This document shows, piece by piece, positions 36,306-37,066 of a stretch of 37,066 nt of DNA (positions are counted from its first letter, which is position 1; every line of letters begins with the position of its first letter). The notes beneath the pieces were generated by a model. It was not told the origin of the DNA. It worked only from the letters and a program-made list of their open reading frames with translations, and made no database searches. The translations under genes were made by a program, and so were the position numbers. Source of the DNA: Thermoplasmataceae archaeon. Its GTDB lineage: Archaea; Thermoplasmatota; Thermoplasmata; Thermoplasmatales; Thermoplasmataceae. Location: contig JBJKSG010000013.1 of NCBI GenBank assembly GCA_046704325.1, positions 1 through 37,066 of the forward strand. The letters are read 5' to 3'.

Positions 36306-37066
36306 TTAAACATCTTGTATTATCAACTCCACTTGGGCGGTTACGGGTTCAGATAACCCGGTCAGCTCAGCTATGAAATATTCGTGGTAAGTAACGTTGT
36401 ATGTATTTGGATAAAACGTGAAATTCCCTGTAATCATAGGAGGTGCTTGATTCCAATTAGAAAATCCAGTCATTTCTGAATATGCAAAGTGGAATATACC
36501 AGATTTTCCCAAACCTGAATCGTTAACTATATTGAGTGCAAAGGAACTTGCTCCCGTTCCTATTAAACACGACTCTGTTGTTGGAAATGAAAGATTGACA
36601 TTAGCAGAACTGGATGGGTAAGCTACGCTCCAATCAAAGTTAGGAGATGTTATGTTAAGATAAGTACCCTTTTCCTCTGAATATGCGGCGATAATACGTG
36701 TAATAATTAAGCTCTTTGGATGAATGTTAGAAGTTAAATTGCCTGTGACATCTATCCAAGTATTGAAATGAGTACGGTTAAACGCCATAAACTCACATTC
36801 AGAATACGCGATAGATAGAGTCGAATTAGGAAATCCAGGGGAAAAGATAAGCGTAAGGGCTTGTGTCTGATTAGTCCCATGGAGAATAGGACAACATGAT
36901 TTATCAGTGAAGTTGGCTTTCCAAGTATAGGTGTTGGAGCCATTTTTAGCAGTTATAGGCACCGGCTTAAGAACCACGAGATAGTAGAATGTGGAAGAAA
37001 GTACTACGATAGAAGCTATCAGGACTGCCATGAAGATTATTCTTCTGCTTCTTCTGCCCAGTGTCA
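36306..37066 (-). CDS. hypothetical secreted/anchored, sequon-rich protein; 5' end probably lies beyond the window edge
   Basis: The track ORF starts at 37031 (MAVLIASIVVLSS...). The reading frame stays open upstream to the window end, with an Arg-rich n-region (..GRRSRRIIF-MAVL...) typical of a signal-peptide n-region. Multiple N-x-S/T sites. Confidence 0.4.
   Translation of the reverse strand, partial: TLGRRSRRIIFMAVLIASIVVLSSTFYYLVVLKPVPITAKNGSNTYTWKANFTDKSCCPILHGTNQTQALTLIFSPGFPNSTLSIAYSECEFMAFNRTHFNTWIDVTGNLTSNIHPKSLIITRIIAAYSEEKGTYLNITSPNFDWSVAYPSSSANVNLSFPTTESCLIGTGASSFALNIVNDSGLGKSGIFHFAYSEMTGFSNWNQAPPMITGNFTFYPNTYNVTYHEYFIAELTGLSEPVTAQVELIIQDV

Noticed and set aside
1-37066. Searched for CRISPR arrays, rRNA genes, IS elements or transposases, and integrase genes.
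   Set aside because: I found no regularly spaced direct repeats with unique spacers and no rRNA-like conserved blocks. I also found no DDE or tyrosine-recombinase-like ORFs. The only regular repeats are intragenic (zinc-ribbon coding units; Gly-rich codon runs).

Overview
Archaeal chromosomal segment with Thermoplasmatales-like gene content. The archaeal call rests on the L7Ae-S28e-L24e-ndk-aIF5B operon, an intron-containing tRNA-Tyr, a Thermoplasma-type glucose 1-dehydrogenase, N/S-rich sequon-dense surface proteins and an archaeal class-III-signal pilin. Housekeeping genes make up most of the window: rpiA, purE-purK, purC, folD, ribA, ilvE, lipB, speH and a DapA-family aldolase. Three accessory patches stand out. 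(1) A region immediately 3' of tRNA-Tyr (about 6.3-11.3 kb) that looks lower in GC by eye. It holds hypothetical secreted and membrane proteins and an AbiEii-like nucleotidyltransferase / AbiEi-like wHTH pair, a type IV toxin-antitoxin or abortive-infection module, here in reversed gene order. (2) A tightly overlapping three-gene operon (21.8-24.5 kb): a coiled-coil protein, an SPFH/Band-7 protein ending in three tandem zinc ribbons, and a protein that starts with two more zinc ribbons of the same type and has a Gly/Met-rich low-complexity segment. This is my best candidate for an undescribed membrane-stress or defence-like module, possibly analogous to bacterial PspA-YdjGHI, or a split gene. 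(3) A stand-alone PolB-type DEDDy 3'-5' exonuclease, preceded by an acidic small protein and a perfect 10-bp palindromic operator. Other oddities: a stand-alone RAM-domain gene without a clean ORF (in-frame TAG or start-proximal frameshift) that is translationally coupled to a UPF0147 gene; a DnaJ-type zinc-finger membrane mini-protein; and speH co-transcribed with a CaCA exchanger. I found no CRISPR array, rRNA or integrase. All calls come from manual reading of the six-frame translations and the nucleotide sequence; no database searches were possible.
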